Shown: in pieces, positions 1 to 9,039 of the stretch | Layout: the number at the start of each line of letters is the position of its first letter | Position numbering within the stretch: the first letter of the stretch is position 1 | Virus record (IMG/VR): IMGVR_UViG_3300045450_000055 | Span: 1-64,000 of that record | Reading direction: 5' to 3' (one strand) | Source of the DNA: a virus | DNA: 64,000 nt | Notes under the pieces: model-generated | Seen by the model: the letters and a program-made list of their open reading frames with translations, nothing else | Database searches by the model: none | Told to the model about the DNA's origin: nothing | Program-made: the position numbers and the translations under genes

Positions 1-2
1 CC

Positions 3-326
3 GAGAAAGCGGCCAAGGTTCGTGAGTTCATCCTCGCGGCTCTGGAACGTCCAGAGTTCAAGTTGCTCGACCCTGAGCAGGACATCTCGTCGGTCGGCCA
101 CATTAATTACGTCGGCCAGAACCTGACCAAGGAAGCGTTCCTCGACGGACGACCGGTGACCATCATCGGCGGCTACGATATCTTCCGTGGCGGTATCCCG
201 TACGGCGACGAGCGGTACAACAAGTTCATCGTCAAGGACGGCGACGAGGAACGACTCGTCGAGCCCAAGCTGCTGCGTTTCCCGCTCAACCTCAACCCGG
301 TTGACGCACCGGAAGATTCGTCCTAA
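3..326 (+). CDS. hypothetical protein, C-terminal part (5' end outside window)
   Basis: frame open from nt 3; tail equals track ORF 63..326. Confidence 0.6.
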   Translation, partial: EKAAKVREFILAALERPEFKLLDPEQDISSVGHINYVGQNLTKEAFLDGRPVTIIGGYDIFRGGIPYGDERYNKFIVKDGDEERLVEPKLLRFPLNLNPVDAPEDSS

Positions 327-364
327 TATCAAATCAACGCAAACGAATCGGAAGGAGACGCCAC
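301..364 (+). promoter_or_regulatory. class A promoter-leader cassette 1
   Basis: TTGACG-N17(caccGGAAGATTCGTCC)-TAATAT, then ..ACGAATCGGAAGGAGAC leader/RBS before TTG 365. Confidence 0.6.
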
Positions 365-874
365 TTGAAGACCGCCATACAGAAGACGCACCGCTTCCTC
401 TGGTGTCTCGCCATGCACTGGTCGCGTTCGCCGGCTCTCCCTTACCGCGCTCGTGGGTGGGTTCTCCGTCGTCTGGGCATTTCCCTACCCAAGGATGGGA
501 AGATCAACCACGGGTCCGTCGTCGGGTCGCATCTTGTGACCTTCGGGAAGTATTTCCAGTCCAATATCGATTGCCATTTCGATGGATCGGCGGCGCTTAC
601 CTTCGGAGATTACGTCACGGTCGGAGCCGGCGCACGTTTCGTCACCGGTACGCATCCAATCGGACTCGCCTATCGACGCCGGGGCTGGGAAGAGAAGCCG
701 AACCCCATCAAGGTCGGCGACGGCGCGTGGATCGGCTGCGGTGCCATCATTCAGGCCGACGTGGCGGCGGGCTGCATCATTGCAGCAGGTGCGATCGTCA
801 CGAAACCAACGGAGCCCAACGGGCTCTATGCAGGAGCGCCGGCCCGGCGCATCCGCGATCTCGGGGAAGAATAA
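365..874 (+). CDS. hexapeptide-repeat (LbH) acetyltransferase, maltose/galactoside O-acetyltransferase-like
   Basis: TTG start after GGAGAC; hexapeptide turns ..VGDGAWIGCGAIIQADVAAGCIIAAGAIV.. Confidence 0.75.
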   Translation: MKTAIQKTHRFLWCLAMHWSRSPALPYRARGWVLRRLGISLPKDGKINHGSVVGSHLVTFGKYFQSNIDCHFDGSAALTFGDYVTVGAGARFVTGTHPIGLAYRRRGWEEKPNPIKVGDGAWIGCGAIIQADVAAGCIIAAGAIVTKPTEPNGLYAGAPARRIRDLGEE

Positions 875-1290
875 TGTTCGAGCTTATCGAGCCCAAGATG
901 TGGGCATCTCACCTTCTCCGCGAGAAAGCGGAGGCCAACATCGCGGCTGGTTACCCCGGTGCTGCCATCGACCAATATCGGAAGGTAGGCATGAACGAAT
1001 GTGAGTCCACGCTCGACGACACGTTCGCCAGCGCCACGCTCCGCGACAAGCTCTGGCAGATCGACGAGCGTCAGCAGCAGGCCCGTCGCCGGATCGCGGC
1101 AAACCGGCGGTTGCAGGCGCGGATGGCTACGGAGAAGGTCTTCGACTCCAAGCTCGACCGACGCTACATCGCGCAGCACACCCACGAAGATGAGGGTATC
1201 ATCATGGGCCTCGAACGCCTGTGGTGCGTCCTGTCCGACACGTATCCGGAGTACGTCTGGGAAGACGCTATCAAGGGAGGGCACCGTTGA
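874..1290 (+). CDS. hypothetical protein
   Basis: internal ATG of track ORF 187..1290; TAATG overlap with upstream stop. Confidence 0.65.
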   Translation: MFELIEPKMWASHLLREKAEANIAAGYPGAAIDQYRKVGMNECESTLDDTFASATLRDKLWQIDERQQQARRRIAANRRLQARMATEKVFDSKLDRRYIAQHTHEDEGIIMGLERLWCVLSDTYPEYVWEDAIKGGHR

Positions 1291-1499
1291 GGTATGGTAT
1301 CAATGTGTACGACGGTCGTCAGTACGAGATCGTACCAGCCAGTTCACTTCACTTCGAGACGTATCCCAGTCGTGAGGCGGCGTTAAACGCTTATATCGCT
1401 TCCCTTATCGAGGAGCGGAACATAATCAACGCCGTCATCAAGTCGGCGCAGAAGAAGCAGCGTCGCTGGGACGCACGAACCGAACGTAGGGGCTGCTGA
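1287..1499 (+). CDS. hypothetical protein
   Basis: TTG start 6 nt after AGGGAGG; overlaps upstream stop; tail of track ORF 1221..1499. Confidence 0.55.
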   Translation: MRYGINVYDGRQYEIVPASSLHFETYPSREAALNAYIASLIEERNIINAVIKSAQKKQRRWDARTERRGC

Positions 1500-1753
1500 T
1501 GGCTGATGACCACATGTACCGCGACGACACCGGCACTAAGATCGGCATTAACGATCGCGTCAGGGTCGTTCACGTCATGAACGCCCACACCATCGGCCGG
1601 GAAGGGATCACCGTAGGTCTGGGAAAGATGGACGAGCGGTACGGTATCCCGAACGAGGATAACGTCCTGTACGTTCGTCTTGACGGCGAAACCTCGCTGT
1701 ACGAGGTGTACCCCAGCCGCGTCCGGATCATCGCCAAGGGAGGAAACGCATGA
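1499..1753 (+). CDS. hypothetical protein
   Basis: track ORF; ATGA-type coupling. Confidence 0.65.
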   Translation: MADDHMYRDDTGTKIGINDRVRVVHVMNAHTIGREGITVGLGKMDERYGIPNEDNVLYVRLDGETSLYEVYPSRVRIIAKGGNA

Positions 1754-1929
1754 ACCACGTCCAGTTCATCGGCGATCGATATGGAGACCTGCTGGGCGAG
1801 GCCACGGTCGCTACGGTCCCGGCGGTAGGTGATATGGTCGCTGGCCTTCCACGCTTCGGCGGCCGGGTGAAATCGCGGGCCTTTAACGTCAAGGATGACC
1901 GCTGGACGGTGGTGATCGCCGATGTCTGA
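1750..1929 (+). CDS. hypothetical small protein (59 aa, below track cutoff)
   Basis: hand-translated MNHVQFIGDRYGDLL..; AGGGAGGA RBS; ATGA overlap with upstream stop. Confidence 0.5.
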   Translation: MNHVQFIGDRYGDLLGEATVATVPAVGDMVAGLPRFGGRVKSRAFNVKDDRWTVVIADV

Positions 1930-1935
1930 TATCGC

Positions 1936-2403
1936 ATGTCTGGTGTTCGGTATAGGTGCGGCGTTGCTCATCGATCGTTTCGTCTTCGGGCGCTGGCTCT
2001 GGCAGAGTCGGCGATAATGCCTGTCTATCATGGCAAGCCGCCCTATCTGGAGTGTTCATCAGCCGGTGACAAGCGGTTCTCTGCGTTCTTTGCAAGAGTA
2101 AAGTCGCACGGCAACGCTACGATCGAAGAAGTATACCAAGGCGCAAAGGAGTTCCGCAACGCAGACGGCTCCAAGTCATCTGGCTATTCTGTCAAGGAAG
2201 CCAAGGGTCATCGCCCCGCGAACTATCGAGAAATTACCAATCTGTACTCTCACCTCTGGGACGACTACATGATGGAGAACCCTCATCTTCTAGTTGTCCT
2301 CAAGCAGGTGACGGGCCTGTCGGATCGATTCGGCCGCCCCGGATCAGTGTGTCAGGCGACGGAGCTTTGGCGTATTCGCAATTCATGGATGCTTGACGCT
2401 TAG
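1936..2403 (+). CDS. hypothetical protein (alternative start 2017)
   Basis: track ORF; conserved-looking core PPYLECSSAGDKRFSAFFARV. Confidence 0.6.
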   Translation: MSGVRYRCGVAHRSFRLRALALAESAIMPVYHGKPPYLECSSAGDKRFSAFFARVKSHGNATIEEVYQGAKEFRNADGSKSSGYSVKEAKGHRPANYREITNLYSHLWDDYMMENPHLLVVLKQVTGLSDRFGRPGSVCQATELWRIRNSWMLDA

Positions 2404-2453
2404 GAAGATTCGTCCTATCTCCAGATCAACGCAAGCGAATCGGGAGACACGCA
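2393..2453 (+). promoter_or_regulatory. class A promoter-leader cassette 2
   Basis: TTGACG-N17(cttAGGAAGATTCGTCC)-TATCTC; leader GCGAATCGGGAGAC before GTG 2454. Confidence 0.6.
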
Positions 2454-2723
2454 GTGACAGCACGAGTGGTAGCGGGACTGGAAGCACGGGTGATCGCAGG
2501 CCCGAAACCCAGCGCAATGGATGCGATGGTAGAAGCCAGCAAGCGGGGCTATGGTAAGGCGAAAGCCGATGCGTTCGGGCAGGGTGTCATCGTGCAGAAC
2601 CAGTTCAATGGCGATCTCTCGCGCATGGGCTATACCGGCGGCACTCGCCGGACGGCGTGGATCAACGAAGGTATCAAGTGGGCGAAGGAAGAGGGCATCC
2701 GCCGCACAGGAGATGCCGCGTAA
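2454..2723 (+). CDS. hypothetical protein
   Basis: track ORF, GTG start after GGGAGAC. Confidence 0.65.
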   Translation: MTARVVAGLEARVIAGPKPSAMDAMVEASKRGYGKAKADAFGQGVIVQNQFNGDLSRMGYTGGTRRTAWINEGIKWAKEEGIRRTGDAA

Positions 2724-2902
2724 TGCCCCGTACCGCTCGCAGCAAGGGACGCATCTACCGAGGCTTCATCATCCGCCTCATGGCGGACGACCGCTACGAC
2801 GTGTTTGAGCAGGAGGAGGACGTGGTGGACGGCCGTCCGATCAACGAGAACTTCTCCGAGATCAGCAGCGCCATGGCGTGGATCGATGAGAGCCAGTTCT
2901 GA
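2723..2902 (+). CDS. hypothetical small protein (59 aa)
   Basis: internal ATG of track ORF 2657..2902; TAATG overlap. Confidence 0.55.
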   Translation: MPRTARSKGRIYRGFIIRLMADDRYDVFEQEEDVVDGRPINENFSEISSAMAWIDESQF

Positions 2903-3141
2903 TGACCCTCGCTGAGATCAACCGACGTATTCAAGTCTCTGATCCGCTGGTGACGCTACATCGCGGGCAGGGCTACCACTACTACGAGTTCGACAACATG
3001 TCGATCAAGGCACCTGACGATCGGCTAGTCTATGAGACTGCGAGCGTTATGGTCCCATTCCTCAAGCAGCAGCCGGCTGATGTATGGATCGCCGACGCGC
3101 TTGAGTTCGCCAGCCGCGTTCGAGAGGAGAATGATCTGTGA
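2902..3141 (+). CDS. hypothetical protein
   Basis: track ORF; TGATG coupling. Confidence 0.65.
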   Translation: MTLAEINRRIQVSDPLVTLHRGQGYHYYEFDNMSIKAPDDRLVYETASVMVPFLKQQPADVWIADALEFASRVREENDL

Positions 3142-3524
3142 CCGACGATATGCCCTTTTTCGTTCCCGGTGACATCACGGATATCGCCCATCTCGTCACC
3201 ATGATCGACGCGGCGTTCCACTCAGGCGTCGTGGTCATCACACCCGACACCCACACCGGCCTCGCTGGCACCAAGCTCACCAACATCTTCATCGACGAGA
3301 TCGACTTCGCGGTAAATCCTGAACTGGAGCGAGCAGCTAAGCATATCGAAGAGATCGAGGCGGAGCATCGCCGATACTACGCCTCGATCCAGCACGATCC
3401 TATGGTCATCGCCCTTCGGGACGCACACCGCGAGCCGGTTCCTCGACTACCGCCGCGGCAACATAGTCATCCGAGGTCGCCCAAGGAAACGAGACGGGCA
3501 CAGCGCAGGGGAGGGAGAAGATGA
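3138..3524 (+). CDS. hypothetical protein
   Basis: track ORF; GTGA overlap. Confidence 0.6.
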   Translation: MTDDMPFFVPGDITDIAHLVTMIDAAFHSGVVVITPDTHTGLAGTKLTNIFIDEIDFAVNPELERAAKHIEEIEAEHRRYYASIQHDPMVIALRDAHREPVPRLPPRQHSHPRSPKETRRAQRRGGRR

Positions 3525-3799
3525 CGAAGGTCTCTTACGATCAGGCGTACTCAGATCACCGGTATCTCTGGGAGACCTACGGCCCGGCGGACGACATGAC
3601 CGGAGGTTACGTCGATAGCCATGATCTCGATCGCCTGCTCAAGTCTCCAACTAAGGCAACCGCTCGCGATTGTCTGGTGGATCAGATCAACTACTGGTTT
3701 GAGACCGGCCCGGACTCGATGGGACACCTGCCGATCGATCCGGACGACGCGGTTCTGATCGACATCGCCGACCGCTACGGATACCAAATTCCAGATTGA
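3521..3799 (+). CDS. hypothetical protein
   Basis: track ORF; ATGA overlap. Confidence 0.65.
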   Translation: MTKVSYDQAYSDHRYLWETYGPADDMTGGYVDSHDLDRLLKSPTKATARDCLVDQINYWFETGPDSMGHLPIDPDDAVLIDIADRYGYQIPD

Positions 3800-3874
3800 C
3801 CTACCGGAAGATTCGTCCTAATTCATCTCCAATGCCAGCGAATCACCGCCGGCCTGATTACAGGAGGATCGTAG
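3796..3874 (+). promoter_or_regulatory. class A promoter-leader cassette 3
   Basis: TTGACC-N17(taccGGAAGATTCGTCC)-TAATTC; leader GCGAATC.. then AGGAGG RBS. Confidence 0.55.
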
Positions 3875-4222
3875 ATGAGCGGAGATGGTAACACCAATTA
3901 CACGATATCGATGATGACCGGTGGTATTGTTGAACCTGAATATCTTCTTTACAAGCTCTTCCGGCAGGTTCCCGGAGCCAAACACTACCTCAACGAATAT
4001 GGCACCTCTACCGGAAATGGCTACGACTGGCGGACGCTTGTGGAGGATTTGCGGACGTTTTCCGCCCATCATCCGGACGTGCTGGTCGTGGTCGCAGAAA
4101 GCGGCACCTACGACGGCGAACGGTTCGACGCTCGTCATTATTTCAAGGCCGGAGCCTACGCCCGCATCGAACCTGAGGTGGTCGTGAGGTGGCCCGAGTT
4201 CAACGAGGGGATGCTGGCATGA
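3875..4222 (+). CDS. hypothetical protein
   Basis: track ORF; AGGAGG RBS. Confidence 0.7.
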   Translation: MSGDGNTNYTISMMTGGIVEPEYLLYKLFRQVPGAKHYLNEYGTSTGNGYDWRTLVEDLRTFSAHHPDVLVVVAESGTYDGERFDARHYFKAGAYARIEPEVVVRWPEFNEGMLA

Positions 4223-4449
4223 GCGTCCGCAACAAAGCCACCGGCCAGAGCATCCAGCAGACGGAGGAGAAGGCAATCGCCGAGATGAAGGCTACCGGCT
4301 TCACCGAGCATCGTGGTTACTGGTTCGAACAGACGCATGAGCGCGGCCGTCCCGTCGTCTATGTGTGGAACAGCCTGTACATCATCTGCCGCGTCGCTGA
4401 CGACATGGATGATGCGAAGAACTGGGTATCTTGGGTGCTTGACGGATAG
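4219..4449 (+). CDS. hypothetical protein
   Basis: internal ATG of track ORF 4189..4449; ATGA overlap. Confidence 0.6.
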   Translation: MSVRNKATGQSIQQTEEKAIAEMKATGFTEHRGYWFEQTHERGRPVVYVWNSLYIICRVADDMDDAKNWVSWVLDG

Positions 4450-4501
4450 GAAGAATAATCCTATCCACAATCATCGACAACGAATCGGAGGGAGACCCGA
4501 T
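4439..4501 (+). promoter_or_regulatory. class A promoter-leader cassette 4 (AATAA spacer variant)
   Basis: TTGACG-N17(gATAGGAAGAATAATCC)-TATCCA; leader ACGAATCGGAGGGAGAC. Confidence 0.6.
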
Positions 4502-4696
4502 ATGCCTGACAACAAGAACCCAATCCCGTTCAACCCCGAGATGCTGACCATCCGGCAGTCCAAGGAAGCGTTGGACGCCCTTCATCTGATCTTCGCCGGC
4601 ATCGCCCGCGTGGATGCCGGCGAAGTGGATGCCAGCAACCTCCTCTTCCACATCCGCCAGCAGCGCGATTCGCTCGCCCGTATGTGGGAGCGCTGA
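4502..4696 (+). CDS. hypothetical protein
   Basis: ATG after GGGAGAC; tail of track ORF 4313..4696. Confidence 0.6.
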   Translation: MPDNKNPIPFNPEMLTIRQSKEALDALHLIFAGIARVDAGEVDASNLLFHIRQQRDSLARMWER

Positions 4697-4697
4697 G

Positions 4698-5132
4698 ATG
4701 GACCCGAACATCCGCTATTTCACTCGCGTGTCTGGCTGGACCTCAGACGGCCGCGGCGGCACCAAGCCGGGCGGCAAGGTTGAAGTCGAAGGACACGTCG
4801 ATCTCGCTACCGCTCTCGACGCAGGCGACAAAGCCGGCATCCTGATGCGCGATCGTGAGCATGTCACGATCGAGCATCTGGTGGAACTCAAGGTGCCTTC
4901 CAAGTGGAAGGGCAACGACCTTCTTGTGCAGTCCCTGAACGGGGATAATTTCATCAAGCTCGACGACGACGTGGATAACGAGATCGTCTTTCTGTCGGAC
5001 TCGTGGGGAGACTTCAATGCGTCCTACCCCTACGACGATAACGCCGGCCGGGAAGGCGCACGCGCCGCAGCAACGCGGACGGCGAAGTATCTGGCGGAAC
5101 AGCGCAACATCGAATGGGGAAGTAACTGGTAA
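4698..5132 (+). CDS. hypothetical protein
   Basis: ATG 1 nt after upstream stop; tail of track ORF 4614..5132. Confidence 0.65.
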   Translation: MDPNIRYFTRVSGWTSDGRGGTKPGGKVEVEGHVDLATALDAGDKAGILMRDREHVTIEHLVELKVPSKWKGNDLLVQSLNGDNFIKLDDDVDNEIVFLSDSWGDFNASYPYDDNAGREGARAAATRTAKYLAEQRNIEWGSNW

Positions 5133-6112
5133 TGAAGAACGTCCGCACACTCGTCCGCATCCAGCACGGCTCGCACCTGTATGGCACCTCGACGCCGGCC
5201 AGCGATCTCGACTACAAGTCGATCCACCTCCCGCCCGGCCGCGGTATCTTGCTCGGCAAGCCGGAGGACGTGATCGATCGCAAGGTCAAGCTGTCGGATA
5301 CCGTCAAGAACCAAGCCGGCGACATCGACGACCAGTCCTACAGCCTCGCCAAGTGGCTCAAGATGCTTTACTCGGGCGATACGGTCGGCACCGAAATACT
5401 GTTCTGCCCGCCTGAGTTCATCGTCGAGATGGACCCGCTCTGGCCGGAAGTACAGCAGCGAGCCAAGGGCCTCCTCAACAAGCAGGTCAAGGGCTTCGTG
5501 TCGTACTGCCAGCGTCAGGCGGCCAAGTACGGCGTCAAGGGCTCGCGCATGGCCTCGTGCAAGGCGATCATCGATCTGCTGGACACGAAGATCAAGACGC
5601 ACGGTCTGGGTGCCAAGCTGGCAGAGATCGGCGCGGAACTGAATCAGTTCTGTTCGGACCACGAGTTCGCCGAAATGGTGCCGATCAAGCAGCAATCTGG
5701 CGACGATCTCTACCATCTCGAAGTCGTCGATCGCAAGATTCCGGTGACCAACACACTCAAGGCGGCGCGCGACATCTACGCCAAGGTGTTCGACAATTAC
5801 GGCGAACGCGCCCGTGCTGCGATGGACAACAAGGGAATCGACTGGAAGGCGATGAGCCACGCCGTCCGCGTCGCCGGGCAGGCGCTCGAACTCCTCCGCA
5901 ACGGCACCATCACGTTCCCGCGTGTCGAAGCGCCGCTGCTCCTCCAGATCAAGAAGGGTGAGCTTCCGTTCGAGACAGTCGGCGCTCTGCTGGAAGACCT
6001 CGTGGACGAAATGGAGGAAGCGTCGGCCGGCTCCAGTCTGCCGCGCAAGCCGGATTTCGATCTGGTCGATCGGCTGATCCTCGACTACTACCTCCCTCAG
6101 GTGATCGGATGA
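5132..6112 (+). CDS. Pol-beta-fold nucleotidyltransferase, RlaP-like (RNA-repair-associated family)
   Basis: N-terminal HGSHLYGTSTPASDLDYK = GSxxYG..SDxD nucleotidyltransferase motif; family assignment from memory of PF10127. Confidence 0.55.
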   Translation: MKNVRTLVRIQHGSHLYGTSTPASDLDYKSIHLPPGRGILLGKPEDVIDRKVKLSDTVKNQAGDIDDQSYSLAKWLKMLYSGDTVGTEILFCPPEFIVEMDPLWPEVQQRAKGLLNKQVKGFVSYCQRQAAKYGVKGSRMASCKAIIDLLDTKIKTHGLGAKLAEIGAELNQFCSDHEFAEMVPIKQQSGDDLYHLEVVDRKIPVTNTLKAARDIYAKVFDNYGERARAAMDNKGIDWKAMSHAVRVAGQALELLRNGTITFPRVEAPLLLQIKKGELPFETVGALLEDLVDEMEEASAGSSLPRKPDFDLVDRLILDYYLPQVIG

Positions 6113-6228
6113 TCCTGACCAAAGGGACCAAGGTAAGGGTCCACGTCCAGCCGACCTACAAACAACGAAAGCGGTGGACCGTGTGGAAGTTGTTCGGCAT
6201 CACTGTCTGGTGGAAGAGGGTATCGTAG
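6109..6228 (+). CDS. hypothetical small basic protein (39 aa)
   Basis: hand-translated MILTKGTKVRVHVQPTYKQRKRW..; ATGA overlap upstream, stop abuts ATG 6229. Confidence 0.35.
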   Translation: MILTKGTKVRVHVQPTYKQRKRWTVWKLFGITVWWKRVS

Positions 6229-6693
6229 ATGTTGGCAGTAACTATCGGCTGTCCGGGCTCAGGTAAGTCCACTTGGGCAGATACGAACCTTCCTCTCACC
6301 ACTTGCCGTCTTGAGAGGGACAGGTTCCGGGAGTGTATCTTCGGCAGCCGGCGAGCTTATCACGAACATCTGTTCGAGCGTAGTTTCCTCAGCCGGGTCG
6401 TCACGCAATCCATGGGCGCTGCGATGTCCAACTGGCCGGTGGAAGAGTGGGCCATCACCGACACCGGGCTGGATTGGCCTGCGGTAGCGCCATTCGTGGA
6501 GTACGCAACCGGCGTTGGTGCGGAGGTGGTGCTTGTGGTCTTCGATCGACCGTGGGAGCTTCTTGCCGAGCGGAACACAACGCGAGACGAAGAGCATCGG
6601 ATACCGCACGACATTCTCGTCGAGCGTTTCGAACGCTTCAACGACCCTGAGGCATGGTGGCGTCACGCCCCTTACCGGAGACTTTTCGCATGA
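6229..6693 (+). CDS. P-loop kinase, polynucleotide-kinase/AAA_33-like
   Basis: Walker A GCPGSGKST at residue 7; small kinase-size ORF next to RlaP-like gene. Confidence 0.55.
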   Translation: MLAVTIGCPGSGKSTWADTNLPLTTCRLERDRFRECIFGSRRAYHEHLFERSFLSRVVTQSMGAAMSNWPVEEWAITDTGLDWPAVAPFVEYATGVGAEVVLVVFDRPWELLAERNTTRDEEHRIPHDILVERFERFNDPEAWWRHAPYRRLFA

Positions 6694-7250
6694 GCCTGAC
6701 ATCACTCCCAACCCCCGCCATGATCGACGCCGGCCTCCGCACACTCGCCGGCTCGACCCACAAGGATCGCGGTCTCGTCGCCGACATTTGGCTCGACATG
6801 GTGCGAAACATGGAAGGTCCAGAGTTCCCAGAATGGGACGATCTTCTCGAACGCCTCACCGCCGAGTACAAGGCAAACAACGGCACGCTGGATGGCTCGT
6901 GGGTCCCGCTGAACCCGGATGGCTTGCGGGCTCGCCAAGTGATCGAAGGCCAGATGGCCCTTATCTTCGCGTACGCTACGGATAGCGTCGATCGAGCAGA
7001 CTACGACCGGCTCCAGAAAGATTACGACGATGAGCGAGTCTCGTGCAACGAGCAATACGCCACGATCGTCGAGCTTGAAAAGCTGGTCGGCAAGCTCTTC
7101 ACTGCCCTCGAAGCCGCAGGCGGCCATCTCGATTACTGTGGCTACGGCGATCGGTATGAGCGAGAATGTGCCAAGGACGCCAAGCTCCCGGAGCAGGTCG
7201 AAGAGGCGCTGGAGGCTGGACGCCTGTCTGGTCGCGTACCGACAGTCTAG
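6690..7250 (+). CDS. hypothetical protein
   Basis: ATGA overlap; tail of track ORF 6654..7250. Confidence 0.65.
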   Translation: MSLTSLPTPAMIDAGLRTLAGSTHKDRGLVADIWLDMVRNMEGPEFPEWDDLLERLTAEYKANNGTLDGSWVPLNPDGLRARQVIEGQMALIFAYATDSVDRADYDRLQKDYDDERVSCNEQYATIVELEKLVGKLFTALEAAGGHLDYCGYGDRYERECAKDAKLPEQVEEALEAGRLSGRVPTV

Positions 7251-7308
7251 CTTGCATCAGTGACAGAATCAGCATAGTCCCATCATACCGAATCACTCAG
7301 GAGGCAAC

Positions 7309-8283
7309 ATGAAGACCACGAAGACCCATCTGTCGCGCGACGCCGTGCAGCTTTATGGCAGCGAGAACCCCGGCTATTATGTCATGGTGGTCGGCGGCGG
7401 GGCACCGACATACCTGCATCCCAACCGCTACGCGGCCGAACAGGAGGCCAAGCGTCTCGTGAACATGCTGCCGGGCAGCACTGTCCACGTCATGAAGGTC
7501 CGCTCGACCTTCCACAATATGCTGCCGGCCGACCGCCCCGAGCCGGCCGTCAACAGCAAGACGGCAGAGAGCGCCGAGCGCCGCGCCGCTCAGCGGGAAA
7601 AGCAGCTTGCCCGTCTGGCGGAACTGAAACAGGGTGATCGCGTCCGGATCAGCACCAGCCATCACCTTCACGCCGGCCGGATGGGGTTCATCCATCACCT
7701 TGGCGATGCTACCGACCCTACGGTCTACGTTTGCCTGTATGACGAGTCCGCGCCCCCTATCGTTATGATCGACAACGCCGGGACGCTGCGCTGCGCTTTG
7801 GGTTCCTATCAAGAGCCTACGCGCTTTTCGGCAACTAGCCTGACGGTGGATAACACCGATCCGTTCGCTCAGCGGAAGGAAGCTACCTCCCCTCCGAAGT
7901 CCGAGGACAAGGACACCGGCTTCGCTGCTTTCCTTGGCGCGTGTCTGGGCGGTCTCGTCAAGGCGGCGCTCACGCAGTCGCAGTCGGCTCAGGCGGAAGA
8001 GGCAGCCCCTGCGCCGAAGTTTTCGGAAGAACATCGGGATGTGTACGAGGCGGCCCGCGCCATCGAAGCCGGGGTCGAGGTGGCGGTCATCAACGACCAT
8101 CATCCCTTCCTTCCGATCACGACGGGCTATCGGGGCACGAAGGTCCGCAACGACGAAGACGACATCATGTTCGTTTTCGTCAACATGACCGACGAAGAGG
8201 GCACGACCCGCGAGTTCAAGGTCAACGGCTCGCGCGTCAAGCGCGTCGATGAGTTCGCTGGCGTGGTGGACGAGACGGACTGA
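7309..8283 (+). CDS. hypothetical protein
   Basis: track ORF; AGGAGG RBS. Confidence 0.7.
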   Translation: MKTTKTHLSRDAVQLYGSENPGYYVMVVGGGAPTYLHPNRYAAEQEAKRLVNMLPGSTVHVMKVRSTFHNMLPADRPEPAVNSKTAESAERRAAQREKQLARLAELKQGDRVRISTSHHLHAGRMGFIHHLGDATDPTVYVCLYDESAPPIVMIDNAGTLRCALGSYQEPTRFSATSLTVDNTDPFAQRKEATSPPKSEDKDTGFAAFLGACLGGLVKAALTQSQSAQAEEAAPAPKFSEEHRDVYEAARAIEAGVEVAVINDHHPFLPITTGYRGTKVRNDEDDIMFVFVNMTDEEGTTREFKVNGSRVKRVDEFAGVVDETD

Positions 8284-8648
8284 TGTCCTACGCCTCCGCT
8301 CTCATGGAGGTGCCCCGCGCTGCTGCGATCGAGATTGAGTCGGCCTTCGAGGAGGCCGGCTACAATCGTACCATCGTTACCGCGGATCGTACCGGCCTTC
8401 CTGTCGTGGCAATCGACATGGAAGGCATCGCTGTTATCGCCGTTGGCGATAGTGATATCTGCGTCAATGCCGGCCGCCTGTCCGATCTCCTACATGATGC
8501 CGGTCAGGAAGCCTTCATCGCTGGGTGGGAAGCGTGCATGGCTTCTCGCAAAGGACCAAGTGCAGCGGGATATCCTGACGATCCTCACGCAGCATGGGAC
8601 CAGTATTCGCCAAGTGAAGCGATCGAAGAGCTTCAAACAAAACTCTAG
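8283..8648 (+). CDS. hypothetical protein
   Basis: track ORF; TGATG coupling. Confidence 0.65.
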   Translation: MSYASALMEVPRAAAIEIESAFEEAGYNRTIVTADRTGLPVVAIDMEGIAVIAVGDSDICVNAGRLSDLLHDAGQEAFIAGWEACMASRKGPSAAGYPDDPHAAWDQYSPSEAIEELQTKL

Positions 8649-8658
8649 GATCGATGAC

Positions 8659-8985
8659 ATGAAGCAAATCACCATCACGGACGACACGTTTCATCGTCAC
8701 ATGGCAGATTCGGATCGTCCGGTACTGCTTGTCTTCAAGGCGAGCTTTTGTGGCCCGTCTGCAATGATCGACCCATTTCTTGACCAGATCATCGAAGACT
8801 ATGGTGACGACATCATACTCGCCGAGGTCGATGTCGAGAATTGTCCCAAAGTCACGAGGGAATTACAGGTGAAAGGCACCCCGTCTTTCATCGTCATGAA
8901 CCTTGGTGTACCGCTGGGCAGTCGTATCGGCACCTCGACTTATGAGGAACTTGCTGGGTGGTTGGATAAGCATCTCGCCACTTGA
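8659..8985 (+). CDS. thioredoxin-fold protein with monothiol CGPS motif
   Basis: ..VLLVFKASFCGPSAMIDP.. where thioredoxins have WCGPC; ..GTPSFIV.. cis-Pro region. Confidence 0.65.
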   Translation: MKQITITDDTFHRHMADSDRPVLLVFKASFCGPSAMIDPFLDQIIEDYGDDIILAEVDVENCPKVTRELQVKGTPSFIVMNLGVPLGSRIGTSTYEELAGWLDKHLAT

Positions 8986-9039
8986 CACCAAGGAAGATTT
9001 GTCCTACCCGATTTGTGTAACAACGAATCGGGAGACACC
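8982..9039 (+). promoter_or_regulatory. class A promoter-leader cassette 5
   Basis: TTGACA-N17(ccaAGGAAGATTTGTCC)-TACCCG; leader ACGAATCGGGAGAC. Confidence 0.6.
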
